Assembly (NCBI GenBank): GCA_010093995.1
Contig: ML992503.1
Coordinates: 1,479,234-1,543,233, forward strand
Length of the DNA stretch: 64,000 nucleotides
Direction of reading: 5' to 3'
DNA from: Elsinoe ampelina
Taxonomy: Eukaryota
Shown here one piece after another: positions 46,601-59,329 of the stretch. The translations under genes were made by a program, and so were the position numbers. Position 1 is the first letter of the stretch; each line of letters opens with the position of its first letter. The notes under the pieces are model-generated. The model did not search any database. It was not told where the DNA came from and saw only the letters and a program-made list of their open reading frames with translations.

Positions 46601-49513
46601 CGCTTAGTAACCTCGTTTAGGCCGCAGTAATCGACGTAGAGGCGAAGTTCTCTATTCGGCTTCTAGATAAAGAGGATAGGAGATAAATAGCTTATAGAGC
46701 TTAGGGTAATAAACCCCTTATCGAGGTGCTCTCGGATAAACTATTCTACTATATTAAGCTCCTCTAGTAACAGGCGGCGTAAGGGCTTAGTACGCGGAAG
46801 TTTAGCGCTATCCTTTAGAATAATACAGTTATTAAACTCTAGCCGGTGTAGTAGGAGAGTGTTAGATTACTCCTTAGAGAAGACGTTAGCGAATTTACGT
46901 AGCTCCGGTAGTAGAACCTCTATAGAGTCTAGCTCTAGTTCGGAAGCTAGACGGTAGTAGTCCTCGATATTCTTTATAGAGATAGTAAACACTTCGCAAT
47001 TATAATGCTTAGCTTGTAAGGCAAAGGCTATAGCGCCGATAAAGGCTATTATATAGTTCTTTCGAGGTTTAGCGTCACTTACATAGGTAGGTATGTAAGA
47101 GAACTTATACATTAGCTAGAAGCTATAGGAAACTAGCTTAAACTTCTTCTTATCTAGCTTGAAATTCGGCCTAAGTGCCGGCAGCTAAGATAGACAGGCA
47201 GATTCTAGCTCGGAAGCCGAACTAGAATATAGTCTACGAGCTAGACTACGGCTAAACTAGATCTAAACTAGTCGAGCTCCTAGATCTAAGCCGGGCTTAG
47301 ATCTAGATCCTAGCCCTCTAATTAGCTACGGCTGCTACTACTTAACGACAGCTAGGGAGAACTCTTCTTTATAAGTGACTTAGCTAAGCTTATAGTCGAT
47401 ATTAGCTCTATTAGCCTTAAGCTAGCCGAGCCTAAGAATAATGTCGAAACAGCTAATATCTATAATATAGAAAGTCGTAAGACTATTAAACTTACTAGAG
47501 ACGGTAGTAGTAAGGGGGATCTAATAAGTGACTTACTCTATTAGAACACCGTTATAGGCGTTAAGCTAGATAGAGTTAGCTAACGCTATAGGGCAACTAA
47601 AACTCTTAAGCTTATTAAGAACCTTGTAGTTAACTACGGCGCTAATAAGCGCGCTAGTGTCGATAAAGGCTTAGAGCGTAATAGTGCAGTTGTAGTTGTA
47701 TAGGTCGTGTATAGTGATAGGAGTTATAATAGCGGGAGTGTAGTAGCTAACGACGCTGTTTAGTAATTAAACTCCTCCGGATCTATCTCGAATTACTCTT
47801 CTTCCGCTAGAGGATAGGACTTATCCTCCGGCTAGTCGTTTCCCTAGCTAGATAGTTTAGCTAACTTATAATCTATCTTAGGGTCGAACTAGGACTAAAC
47901 TAGATCCGAACTAATGTTAAACTAAGGCTAGGATAGAGCGTGTGCACCTAATTTAGCGAGTCGATCCTAAAGGTATTAAATCTTAGTAGCCTCTATAGCA
48001 CTAATAGTGCAAGTAGAGTAAGTAGTAGTATAGGTAGCTTTCTCGGAGGCGCTAGCTATACACTTAGTAGAGATATAGCTAGGCCTGCCGCATGCGAAGT
48101 AGATAAGTGACTAGGGGGAGTAGAAAGGCTATAGAGCTCCTCTAGTTATAGGGCAAAGAGTAGTAGAAGCGGATATAGAATAAGCCACTCGAGTTAGGGC
48201 ACTAGTAGCGCGGTTTATAGCTAGCGTAGAGCGGAGGGCCTAAGTGCGCCTAGAGATAAGGTTACTCTACTAGATATTATAATTGGTAGTATAAGTCTTA
48301 GCGATAAAGGAGGTAAGGTCGTCTATGTCGAAATTAATAAGGGCAACGCGTAACTCGTTAGATATCTTCTAGCGTAGCTAGTAGAGCTACTCGTCCTTAG
48401 CGATCTTAGCGTAGAGAGCGTACTTGTTAAACTCGCTAATAAAGGAATTAAAAGAGGTATTACGCTAGAATAGGCTAGCGAACTAAGCGCGTGCTATAGC
48501 CTTACAGTTAGAGTCTTCGAAGCGCTAGGCTAAGAGGGCTAAGCCTTTACTAACGTTAATAGTGTTATCGCTAGCAGAGTCTATAATAAGGGTGTATACT
48601 TCTCTAGAGAGGCGTAAGTAGAGGTATACGAACTAGGTAGCCTCGGTAGAGAATCGGTTAGCGTTAGCACGTATCTTGTTCTTTATCTAGTGCTTAAAGA
48701 CCTTAAACTGCTCTAGGGTGCCGCTACTAAACATAGCTAGGTCTAGGATCTTTTCTAATAGGGTAGCGCCTCTAGTAGAAGAGGTTAGTATAGCGCGCTC
48801 TACTTCGGCCTTTAGCTAGGCTAGCTCGGCCTTAAGCTTATTAATGTTAGCAAGGTAGCGCGTAGCTTAGGTAGTAAGATTGTTAGTAGTACTATTAGAT
48901 GTATCTAGATCGGCTATAGCATTATCGAGCTAGTAGTGTAAATTAAGAGCGTCGGAACGTACTAAGTTACATATAATAACCTACTTGTTATAGGTGAACT
49001 CGACAAAGGCGAAGGCCTTACGTAGAGTAGTTATACTATCTATCTCTTATAGCCTCTTCTTAAGGTCGTCGTCGCTAAGGCAAATAAGATTGTAGTAAGC
49101 TAACTAGACTAGTTCGTTATTGTTGTTAGTAGGAGGTAGAGGAATATTACTTACGTAGTAGTCGTTGCTAGGGTTAGGGCAAGCTATGCTCGGCGAGGTT
49201 AGTTATGAATTTGTAGTATAAAAGTTAATACGTAACAAAGGGGATATCTAAAAAATTTAGCTAAAGGCCTACTTCCTTTAAGAGTCGTCTATAACTCGAC
49301 TTATTATCTTCTTCTTATATTTATAATATTGACCTACGCGGCAGTAGCGAGGATCTATTATAGTATATGCGGGAACTGTAGTTGTAATAGCTTCTTCTTT
49401 AATTCTTTAATTCTTTGTAAATAGTAGTTGTTAGAATTACGTAAGTAGTAGGAGAGCTAGATAGTTTAATAGCTCTATCGCTTAATTACGGGAGCTTCGA
49501 ACTCTTAATATAG

Positions 49514-49715
49514 TAATTACAACTAGCAAGATAGAAGGTTAATTGCGTCTATTCGTTAAGATATTAAGAGTTAGAAGAAGAAGAAGAAAGCTAGTCTATA
49601 AAGTATATAAGATATTAAGGGCAAAGTAGCTAGAAGCCTAGGCTACGAGCTAAAATTACGTAACCTCTCCGACCTAGATACTAACTAAATCCAGTTCGTA
49701 ATCTATCTCGTATTA
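49514..49715 (-). repeat. 5' LTR of the Gypsy element
   Basis: 202-bp direct repeat of 43498-43699; the differences seen are transitions (termini RIPed to TAAT...ATTA). Confidence 0.95.
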
Positions 49716-52700
49716 TAAACTATACCTAGTCGATAGACGCCTATTATAAGCTTAAGGAGTATAGTATCGAGATTTATGCCGTAATTAACAAATTTTTACG
49801 CTATATTATTTAGGCCTATATAGGCTTCTTAGTAAGGAAGGCTATGTTAATTATAAAGTAGTACACTACTATTACTACCTTATGTAGCTAGATCCCCCTC
49901 GAGATCTACACGGATAGAGAGAGCAAGACTATAATAGTCTTATAAGTGTATCTCGACGCTTAGCGTTAGCTAAGTAGTCTCTCTTTAGAGGTAGATAAAG
50001 CCTTCTTATTCGGCACGAGTAAGTAGAATTAGCGTATTAAATTATAGTAGGCCTAGCTTGTAAAGAGTACTATAAACCGCTAGCGAAGATAGTTTACTAA
50101 GCTAAAGAAGTTAAAGCGCTAAAAGCGTAATCTTATTACTTACCGAGTCGCTCTTATAGCTATATATATACCTATCCTTCGCGTAGAGGTATAGCAATTT
50201 ATATATTAATAGAACTATTACTACATCCAGAAGCAGCTAAGATAACTATATATAATTATAGGGGTACTAAGACTCCTATATTATTATCTAGAGGTAGTTA
50301 GCGTATAGGACTATACTATTACTATACTACCTAACTAATTCGACAATTTAGACTAGTATACTAGCGAATTCGGTAAGGTGCGAGTACTAATAGATATTTA
50401 TAGCTAATTAAGCACTAAATTACAAGTAATATCTACCCTCTAATACTCTTAATCTCTATACCTTAATCCTTTCTACTGCTAGCCTCTAGCCTTATAATAG
50501 TCGAGCAACTAATACTTATAGTGTTAGACTCCACTAGAGGGCTTATTTTATGCTTCGTAATATACTAATTAAGCACGATTAATAGTAGCGCTATTCTCTA
50601 CTATTAGAGTGCTAAAAACTAAATAATTCTTAAGGCTATTAATTGTGTATAGAAGTTGCCGAGCAAATCGTAAACGCCGAGTAAATACACTATAAACATC
50701 TAACTTATATATATTAAATCCCCTCTCTAATATACTAGGGCTTTTCTACTCTATTTTCTCTACGGTTTTTACTTATTACTACTATGTTATTTGTTTATTA
50801 CTACTAGCGAGATGCTACTACCTTCTTAGGCATCTTTTTACAAATATAAAGGCTCTAATTATATAGTTAAATATAGACACCTCGCTAAGTGTCCTATTTA
50901 CTATAAGACTAATCTAAACCATTAATAAGCAAGTATAGTATTAACGCTAGAAGAGCCTTAGTGCTAACCTATATAGGCTAGTCTATCTCGCGCACTATCT
51001 AGTAGTCTAACTTACGCGCTATCTTAGGCTAACATAGACTAACTTACAATTATAGTAGCGAATATAAAGCAATCTATAGCACTAGCGCTAACTGTATATA
51101 GTAGTCTCTCGACTAAAGCTAATACGGCAAGGCGTGCTAGATACTAGAAGGGCAAAAAGGCTAAAGGCGTAGTAGTACAATTACTACATGTAGGATCTTT
51201 ACTAGTCTCTTAGCGTTTATATAAGAACTTACCGAACAATTTGCCTAACGAAGAAACTCCTAAAGGACTAAAGGCTAATAAAGAGTAAAGGATTAGACTT
51301 TACCTCTACGGCCTAACAATCGAGATAGAGTATAAGCTTAAGTATAGTATACCTTATAAGAAGATTGTCTCTTAGCTAGAGCTAACTAAGTAGATAGACT
51401 AAATTACGCCGTCGGAGTTTAATACTAAATTACTAGAGAGTAACTACTAAAGAATGTCCTTCTTATTAAATTTAGTCTATAGTTACTGCTCTAATCCTAC
51501 TATCCGCGATCTAGAAATAGTAATACTACGCTTTACAAAGCGCTATTTTACACTAATAGAGGACGATAAGGCTATACCTATTACTAATAACGTCTTCTAG
51601 TAGCTAAGCATCTAGAAGATGTTAGTTAGCCTCCCGCGTAAGCTAAAATCGAAGCGTACTACTATTAAGTATCTCCTTTATATCGTAATTAAATAAGCTA
51701 AGAATAACAAGTCGAAGGAATAGTAGAAGTGTATAAAGTATCTATAGAGAGAGTTAGGATCTCCAAGTTACGCTATAAACGCTAATATAAATACAATAAT
51801 ATCCCTAGCTACGAATATCGAAGCGAATATTAAGGCTAATTTATAGAATAAAAATCTTTTTATAGAGGACACTAACTTCTTGTTTTTAAATACTTCTAAC
51901 AACATTAATATTAAGCTAGAACCCTTGTCGGTTAATAATAAGATTAAGGCCTTAATCGAGAAGCGCACATAGCAAGTTTTAGTAGCTAGAGCAAAGGGGA
52001 AGGAGAAGTAGCCTAGCTAGCTTGTCGATAGTAAGGAGACTATCGACCTTATAGAGTCTTTACTAGCTGCACCTGCTACTGCCGTGCCAGCTCTACTACT
52101 AGAGACTCTACGCTTCTAGCTTCGTACTAGAAGCCTTCTTATAAGTATACTAACTAGTATAGTCGGCAGTGTTAAGTCATTAACTATATAGAATAATCTC
52201 TTTAACTTAGATAGTACTACCGAGCCTCTATTACCTTTTAACACCCCTTGGCAGCTATAGCGTATAGTGCTAAGTAAGGAGACTCTCGGTAGGCTAATAA
52301 ACTTACTATATAGCTCTCTCTTTAAAGCTAAGTTATCTATAGGATTAGAGCAAAGAATTAAGACTAAGGCAACCTCTAAGGAGCATTAAGAATAGTACAA
52401 GTAAGTTGACAAGCCTAAGTAATTATATTAACCTTAAACACATAAGCGAATATAAAGCAATTACTTAGTTAAGGCTAGTAAGTGTTAAAAGACTATAGTT
52501 AATCTAACTAACTATACTCTCTATAGTTATACTAGCTATAAGGCTAAAAGGCCTTATAAGTCTATACTAGGGTTATAGGCTTGCCTAAAAGAGTAAGGCG
52601 TAGTTTAACACTCTATATATATACTTCTTCTTGCTAATAATTCTCTTCTAGTAAAAAACCTCTTTATAGAGGAGAAGGAGAAGGGAAGGGGGGGTAAGAG

Positions 52701-54614
52701 CCCCCTACGTAGCGGAGAGTATAAGCACTCTCTACTATATCCTACCGCCTTACTATTAGGGTAGTAGGGTAAAGAGGGGAAATGCGAGGGGGGGTAGGGG
52801 TAGAGGTAGTAGTAGAGGTAGAGTTAGAGGTAAAGGTGTTAGTTAGAGGTACACGAATTAGATAGTATAAGTTAAATAGTAGTAGAATAGTTCGTAGTAC
52901 AAGCTAGATAGGTAGTAGACTAGTTCGTAGTACAAGCTAGACGGCAGTATACGAGTTAGACAGTAGTAACGAGTTAGATAGTAGTACAAGCTAGACAGTA
53001 GTAACGAGTTAGATAGCAGTATACGAGTTAGATAGTGTAAGGTAGATAGTACAAGTAGAATCGCTAGTAGTTCGCTAAGTAATTCGTAGTACGTATAGTT
53101 ACGATTTAATATCGACTAGAGGAGGCAATATAAAGAGAGTAAAATTATAGTTTATAAACTCTAGGAGAATATATAGGTATTATATTCGCTACTAGTTTAT
53201 AGGCCTATTCGTAAGTTCCGCAATTCTATCCCTTAGCTACTATAGCTTAGCCTTAGTAGCAAGCGTATTATTCTCTAGCGCCTCTACTCTCTACTTAAGC
53301 TCCTTAATACGGCCTATAGTTACTAGCTTCTAATTCTCTAGCTTCTCCTTTGTAAGCTAAGGGGCATACCCCTAGCAATAGTAGCAGCGGTAGTATATAC
53401 ACGACTTAGACAGCTTATTAAGAAAGTAAGTACATAGCTCGTTTACCTTTATACACTATTTATAGGCGCGTTTACTAATGCCGCCTTTGTCTATCTCTAT
53501 AATACAGCTAATAGTGTTATATATATAGAGCGTTACAAAGTCCTTACTACGCTTATTACTACTAGTCTCGCAGGTGTTAACGAGCTTAAACTAGTTTAAC
53601 TCGGAGATAAACTAAAATCTAGCTAGATTCTTAGTCTTAGGGCAGTAGTATAAGTATATAATAGAGTAGCTATACGAATTAGTAGCGAATACTAGCCTAA
53701 GGAGCTACGAAGACATATACGGCCTTAGAGTTACTAGTCATTTTCTTAGAGGTATTAGAGGCATAGGGATTATTATTAATTATAGTGTCTAGCGCTTATA
53801 GATTATATCTTCTAGAAGGCAAAGTTAGTAGCGAACTAGCTATAAACATGCTATAATACATACTTAGTAGAGGTTGCTTTAGTAGTGTTAGCTATAGTAA
53901 ATATTTAATTAAATTTAACAGGGTTATAATAGTATAGTAGAGTTCTAATTAAACTATATAGTAACTATAAGCTTATATATATTAAAGCTGCTATTATTGT
54001 TGCTAGTTTAAATAGTGACAATAGTAATAATAGTGACAATATAAAGACCTAAAAGCAGTAAGGAACAATAAACACCTACCGGATTAAGCCTTACTCTTAG
54101 TAGCTTAAATAGAGAACAATAGAGATCTATTCTAATAGTATTCGTAGTGCATTCGCTGCTGTAGTTGCATGATATAGGCAATATCAAGGTGTTAGAGGTA
54201 GGAGTGCTAGCGGAGTGCTAAGCACCTTACTACCTAGCCGCTATAACACGCACTAATTACGCTAGCACTAAAATTAGCTTAAAAAAAATACTTAAAGTTA
54301 GAGGATGATAGAATAGATTAATCTAATCAATTTACTATTAATTGTATATCAATATTGACAGAATTAAGGGAGTTAGAGGCCTCCAAACTTTGATGATTTA
54401 GGGATTTAAGTGTTTTGATGGTTTTGACGGTTTTGGCGGAAGCTACCGTATGCACGACCGTCTCGATCAGGAAATTTTCCACCAAGGTCTTTTCAATCAG
54501 CTTTGTTAAACTTGATGGCAATAGCAGTAGCCTTTGTCGACCACATTACAAAGAACTTCAATCTATTTCATTCTCATCCGTAGCTTCCTGTTGATGACCT
54601 TCAAGCGTTTCGCC

Positions 54615-56028
54615 ATGTCTGCATCGTCGCAGGTGCTCGATGGCGTCTTCGGTAAGTCTCCTTCAAGTTTTGCTCACATTCTACCTGCTGTGGACGGCAC
54701 GTGAGCTTGCCTGAGACTGTCCAGGAGTCTTGTATCCTCACAGTACTCTCCAGAGCTGTTTTACGTCCTGGTACCATTCCTCGCATCACGTATCCTGACC
54801 GTTTCTAGCCGTCAACAAGCCCACCGGCATGACCTCGGCAGACATCTGTAATGAGGTGAAGTATAAGCTCAGCAAGTCTTCCCTCTTTGCTCCTGTTATG
54901 GAGGCACAGTCCTCGCAGCGAGATGACTTCAAGCGGCGTGGCCAGAGACTCTCCCGGAAGATGCGCCAGACCAAGCACGTCAAGATCGGCCATGGTGGCA
55001 CTCTAGATCCTGAGGCCTCTGGCGTGATCAGTTTCGGCGTTGGCGATGGGACAAAAGCTCTCAACCATCTGCAGAAGAACGCCAAGAAGGGGTACGAAGC
55101 AGTCATGGTCTTCGGTGTGGCGACAGACAGCTTCGACAGGGAAGGGAAAGTAGTAGGACGGAAGTCATGGGATGGAGTGACGAGGGACGTGGTGGAGGCT
55201 AGGCTCGCCGAGTTCAGGGGAAAGGTCATGCAACGTCCCAGCGTCTACAGTGCGCTCAGTCGCGGTGGCGTCAAGATGTACGAGTATGCTCGACAAGGCA
55301 AGGATATTCCGGAGCTAGAGAAGAGGGAGATGTTTGTGAGTGAGCTGGAAGTGGTCGATTGGATGGAAGGAGGCAAGCATGATTGGCGATGGCCTTCGGA
55401 AGAGATCGAGAAGGATCGCAAAGATGCATTCGTCAAAGCTCTGAGATTTGAAGAGATCGGCGGAGTCGAGGTCGTAGAAGGCAGTGAGAAGCAAGGTCTG
55501 GAGCATGACGAGTCGGAGAAGGGTAAGGGAAAGCGTAAAAGAGATGCGAACGGCTATCAGGACCAGAAAAGGTCGAAAGTGGCAGGGGACGATCAGCCCG
55601 AGGCACAGGATAAGGATGTATCATCACAAGACCGCGCAGAGGAGCACGATACTCTCGTTGACGACACTAGAGACGATCCTGCGGAGACTACACCAGCAGA
55701 GACTACACCAGCAGCTGCACAGCAAGACGAAGCGAAAGTGCAAGTGCCATGTCCAGCACCAGCACTCCGCATACGTATGGTCGTGTCTTCCGGCTTTTAC
55801 GTCCGCAGTCTCTGCCACGATCTAGGAGTTGCGGTGGGGTCGCTCGCTACCATGGTCGCACTGAACAGAACAAAGCAAGCTTGTTTCGAGCTTGGGGAGA
55901 ACGTGATCGATTACGAGGACTTCAGCAAGGGTGAAGACGTATGGGGCCCGAAAGTCGCCGCTCGGCTCAACGAGTGGCCCTCGCTGCATGCAAAATTGAA
56001 AGAGGACGAAGGACCTGCGGTCGAATGA
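54615..56028 (+). CDS. PUS4: tRNA pseudouridine-55 synthase (TruB/Pus4), 2 exons
   Basis: LDGVF|AVNKPTGMTSA, KIGHGGTLDPEASGV, QRPSVYSAL, SGFYVRSLCHDLG; intron about 54652-54808. Confidence 0.95.
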
Positions 56029-56311
56029 GGAACACTTCGCATACAGTGACGAGACCAGAGCATTCTTTCTTATCGTGTCTGCTATCGGTGCCAAAGCTAG
56101 CTACTAGCTGAACATTGTAAGCCTGGGGCACCGCCAAAGCATACGCCATGGCGTTTGCTAATCGATCAAGCACCGGCAGGATCGAGAATCGTCTACAAGA
56201 ACATCCCAGAGGCAAGCAGGATCGAGCAGACCCGCTGATGTACCACATCACCACTGGTGTGGTAAGCTGACCAGTCGGCTCCATATGGTAGGAAGGTGTA
56301 ATGCACCCAAC

Positions 56312-57214
56312 TCAATCCAAAGCCAGTTCTCCCTCTTGAAGCGGCGGCGACCCTTCGTGCGCTCTTCTCTCGGCTTGTCTCTCCCTCTCCGATCGAAGCG
56401 CTTCGGCCGATTCCACCAAACTGAAGTGTAGTCCTTGAGGGATAAGTGCTTCCATGATGCGGCTATTCTGGCTGGGGTGGATCAATTCTGGAAGTAGCAG
56501 CTGTTCAATGACCACCTTGATACCTCTGAGAATGCAAGAAAGGTCGCGGTCCTTCGAATCCCTCATCTGCTCAAATGCCAACAATGCGCGACGGAGATTG
56601 ACGACCGATGCGGCGCAACTGTGTGATTGGGCAGTCAGAGGACTATAGCGATTCTCTAGGCTGGAGATACTGGCCTTGATCTCACTCGTAAGGGTCTCGT
56701 GGTTTTGACGAGAATGCTGGAGCTCTTTGGAAATATGATCATCTGCCTCATCGAATCGCTCTGTGAGACGCTGGAAACGGGCTACAAGCTCTGTCTCTCG
56801 TTTCTCGAGGTCACAAACGCGCCCCTTGACTGCTGAAATGTCGGAAAAGCTAGATCCAGGAGTGAGGCCACCCCGCGTAAGCCTGTCGATGGTCTTTCGA
56901 TACTGGAAGAAGTCCTTCTCGATGTCTTGTATCTTCTGGTCCCTGGCTTCAATTCTCGCGTAGAGATCATTAATACCTCGATTGTGGGAATCCTCAATGC
57001 GCTTGATCTCAAGAGCATACATCGACTGGCAGTCACAAGCGATCTTGTCAGTCGCTTGTGAATCCACATCGATGAGTCCTGGATTTGAGGCTTCGCTCAT
57101 CAACGAGACGTTCCTGTGATGCGCAGACTCAACAGGTGGCACACTGAAGATGCATCGGATAGGAGTCAACCTGGAAGAATCAGTACGGTCCTTATCTATA
57201 CGCCGTCGGGACAC
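56312..57214 (-). CDS. Hypothetical coiled-coil protein; start uncertain
   Basis: 300-aa ORF with heptad-rich stretches, no recognisable motif. Confidence 0.55.
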   Translation of the reverse strand: MSRRRIDKDRTDSSRLTPIRCIFSVPPVESAHHRNVSLMSEASNPGLIDVDSQATDKIACDCQSMYALEIKRIEDSHNRGINDLYARIEARDQKIQDIEKDFFQYRKTIDRLTRGGLTPGSSFSDISAVKGRVCDLEKRETELVARFQRLTERFDEADDHISKELQHSRQNHETLTSEIKASISSLENRYSPLTAQSHSCAASVVNLRRALLAFEQMRDSKDRDLSCILRGIKVVIEQLLLPELIHPSQNSRIMEALIPQGLHFSLVESAEALRSERERQAERRAHEGSPPLQEGELALD

Positions 57215-57589
57215 TCACGACGATGTGCCGGCGCACGGTGTGTTCAGATGCGGATACGACATGGGTCTCTCGCTCATCGTCGTCGAAAGAGCTTGGAGTA
57301 CGTCTGAGTGGGTGTGCAATATAGAGGAAGGTGGAGATTAAGGGCCTTGTAAGTGGGAAGAATCACTGCAGCGCGATTTTTCGCGTAAATCAACAACTCT
57401 AGCCAATTTTACGTCATCCAGGTCACCTGACCGCAACCTCGCGGGAGTCTGCATGTCTCGAAATCTTTGATTGGATTTTCTCGAGACAGTCTCCCGGTCG
57501 TACGCAGGATATCTCAGGGGCAACAGGATTATACGTCCAAATTTCTTCCGCTATTGTCACATCGAGCTGTGCCCAATCAGACTGCGCTC

Positions 57590-57982
57590 ATGGTGAGTCC
57601 TGGTGGTATCTTGCGCAATGTTGATGCTGATTGGTTATAGGCTGCGTTTCGAGACGAGATCCTCAGCACGCATATCGTGGCACCCCTTGTTCTCTTCCCG
57701 ATCGAGCTTGTCAACAATCATCTGGATGATCACTACCTACCAGGCTACGGTATACCAGTTTATCCTGTCACTACTCCAAAGGGGCTCTTGTCGGTCGGTG
57801 TTGCCCATCGTCGAGCTCGATGTGGAACTATGGTGGCAGTCTTTGTGGTTTCCGGTCGCGGTATCGCCCTCATCCGTCGCGTTGACATGGCGAATGAGAT
57901 CATGGACATCATCCTGTCTTCTGCACTGGAATCACGTCCTGATCTTGGACATAGGTGTGTCTTTTGCGGTGGTCATCTGTAA
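57590..57982 (+). CDS. Small hypothetical protein (ATG-only first exon)
   Basis: ATG|GTGAGT..GCTGAT..TAG intron joined in frame to ORF 57677-57982; ends RCVFCGGHL. Confidence 0.35.
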
Positions 57983-58605
57983 GACCAACACACTGCATGC
58001 TATAATCCGTCTGACATCTCTAGTGGCGCCACGAACGCAATCTGACGAATTCTGAAGCGCAGGAACATGATTTTCGAACGAGTCAGCAGATCTGTGGCAT
58101 CATGAGGGCACCGAAAGTCACATGCCGCCAAGTTCACACGCCTCATCATTGAGAGAAAGCCTTATATATCCTTCAAGCACTGCAGAACAGCACGGAGGGG
58201 TCTCAGGTCTAGTGGCTCGAATCCATTGGCTTGCCAGTGTTCTCGTCGAACTGCGATGACGACCACTGTTCGAGTCTCGACGAGCACCGATTCGTTCGGA
58301 CTTGTTGAGGTGAGAATGGGGGGCTTCTCCGGTTTTTTTTCCCTCCCTTGGGCTCGAATACCTCGAGTCAAGGTCACCTTGCAGTACTAGAGCAATGAGC
58401 ATGTGCCATCACGTGTTTCACATCACATCGACATGGCCGCCTAACGCGGCTCAACCACGCGCGGCTCGCACTTCGTCTACATTAGCATCTTCCATCTCTC
58501 AACTACACCTTCTTTCCTTCATCTCACTCCATTCACGCGTCACCTTGTGAAAGTCATCTTTTTGCACCAAGCCCACTCCCACACAAACAAACAACCACCG
58601 TGATC

Positions 58606-58992
58606 ATGTTCCACTACCCCATCAACCGCTCCTCCTCCCCTGAGGACGTCGACATGGACGCTAACCCGAGTGATCTGCCTCGTGAAACCATTGACAATGT
58701 AAGGTCCCTCCCTTTGACCCACAGCACAGCTAAAATCCCCCAGCGTCCTCTCTCCGGCTCCACCCTCGCCCTGGCCGGCAACCCGGACGAGATCAAAGCC
58801 TGGCTCCACCGCGCGACCATCGAGCGTGGATGCCGCGTCAAGGGCCTGTGCCGTCTGTGCAAGTTTGGTGATTCGTCCGAGGGGCACATCATCGTGACAC
58901 CCGTGATCAAGTACCTGCTGCATGACTACTATGTCAAGAACGGGCTGGAGTGTCGTTTGGGGTGGGAGTGCCCTATGGGGTGCAAGCACTGA
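58606..58992 (+). CDS. Small hypothetical Cys-containing protein
   Basis: About 130-aa ORF with C-ending codon bias; probable in-frame intron about 58699-58743; CRLCK and CPMGCKH. Confidence 0.45.
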   Translation: MFHYPINRSSSPEDVDMDANPSDLPRETIDNVRSLPLTHSTAKIPQRPLSGSTLALAGNPDEIKAWLHRATIERGCRVKGLCRLCKFGDSSEGHIIVTPVIKYLLHDYYVKNGLECRLGWECPMGCKH

Positions 58993-59329
58993 GAGATGCG
59001 AGAGACAGAGAGGCATGATGGGTAGGGGGAGATGCTAGGATTGAAGATGAATGTGATAGGATCGAGAAGGGATGCACTCGAGTTTTGCCTTGAGACGATG
59101 ATGACCTACAGGCTGCGAACCTAGAGCCATTTGAGCATGTTTATGAGCTTGAGATACCCCAATGCCATAAAATCTGACCATCATGTCTGCTGTCTGAGCT
59201 TCGCGAGTGACCGTGACGGGAGTCACTCATGTCAATCATGAATTTACACTAACAGCATGATTGAATAGAATCATTCTCACTTCTCTACCATCGTCCCACT
59301 CTGTACAGCGTCCCACTCCCCCATTCACA

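Larger units (their letters stand above)
43498..49715 (-). mobile_element. Full-length Ty3/Gypsy chromovirus LTR retrotransposon (6,218 bp), RIP-inactivated
   Basis: 202-bp LTRs; TSD TAAAC at 43493-43497 and 49716-49720; minus-strand order gag CCHC knuckle (about 48060-48105), protease FIDT (about 47660), RT YLDD (46330-46341), RNase [15 protein letters not shown] (about 45755-45793), integrase ITSDRG (about 44630), chromodomain (about 43780-43940). Confidence 0.97.
42561..54462 (+). mobile_element. TIR DNA transposon, copy B, RIP-inactivated, with nested Gypsy
   Basis: Same termini as copy A; TSD TCGAT at 42556-42560 and 54463-54467; 11,902 bp minus Gypsy and one TSD (6,223 bp) = 5,679 bp, the length of copy A. 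Confidence 0.95.

Noticed and set aside
34900..54300. Foreign AT-rich DNA, organellar insertion or alternative genetic code
   Set aside because: TpA excess, CpA/TpG loss and transition-dominated differences between copies are explained by RIP.
34702..54462. One composite transposon or Starship-like element carrying HSBP1 and the RFTS gene as cargo
   Set aside because: Each copy has its own matched TSD (GCTTG vs TCGAT) and the outer flanks do not match; no tyrosine recombinase seen. These are two independent insertions.
22997..56028. Functional clustering of RNA-processing genes (RluA-type synthase, EBP2, PUS4)
   Set aside because: They are separated by unrelated genes and belong to different families; nothing beyond ordinary gene order.
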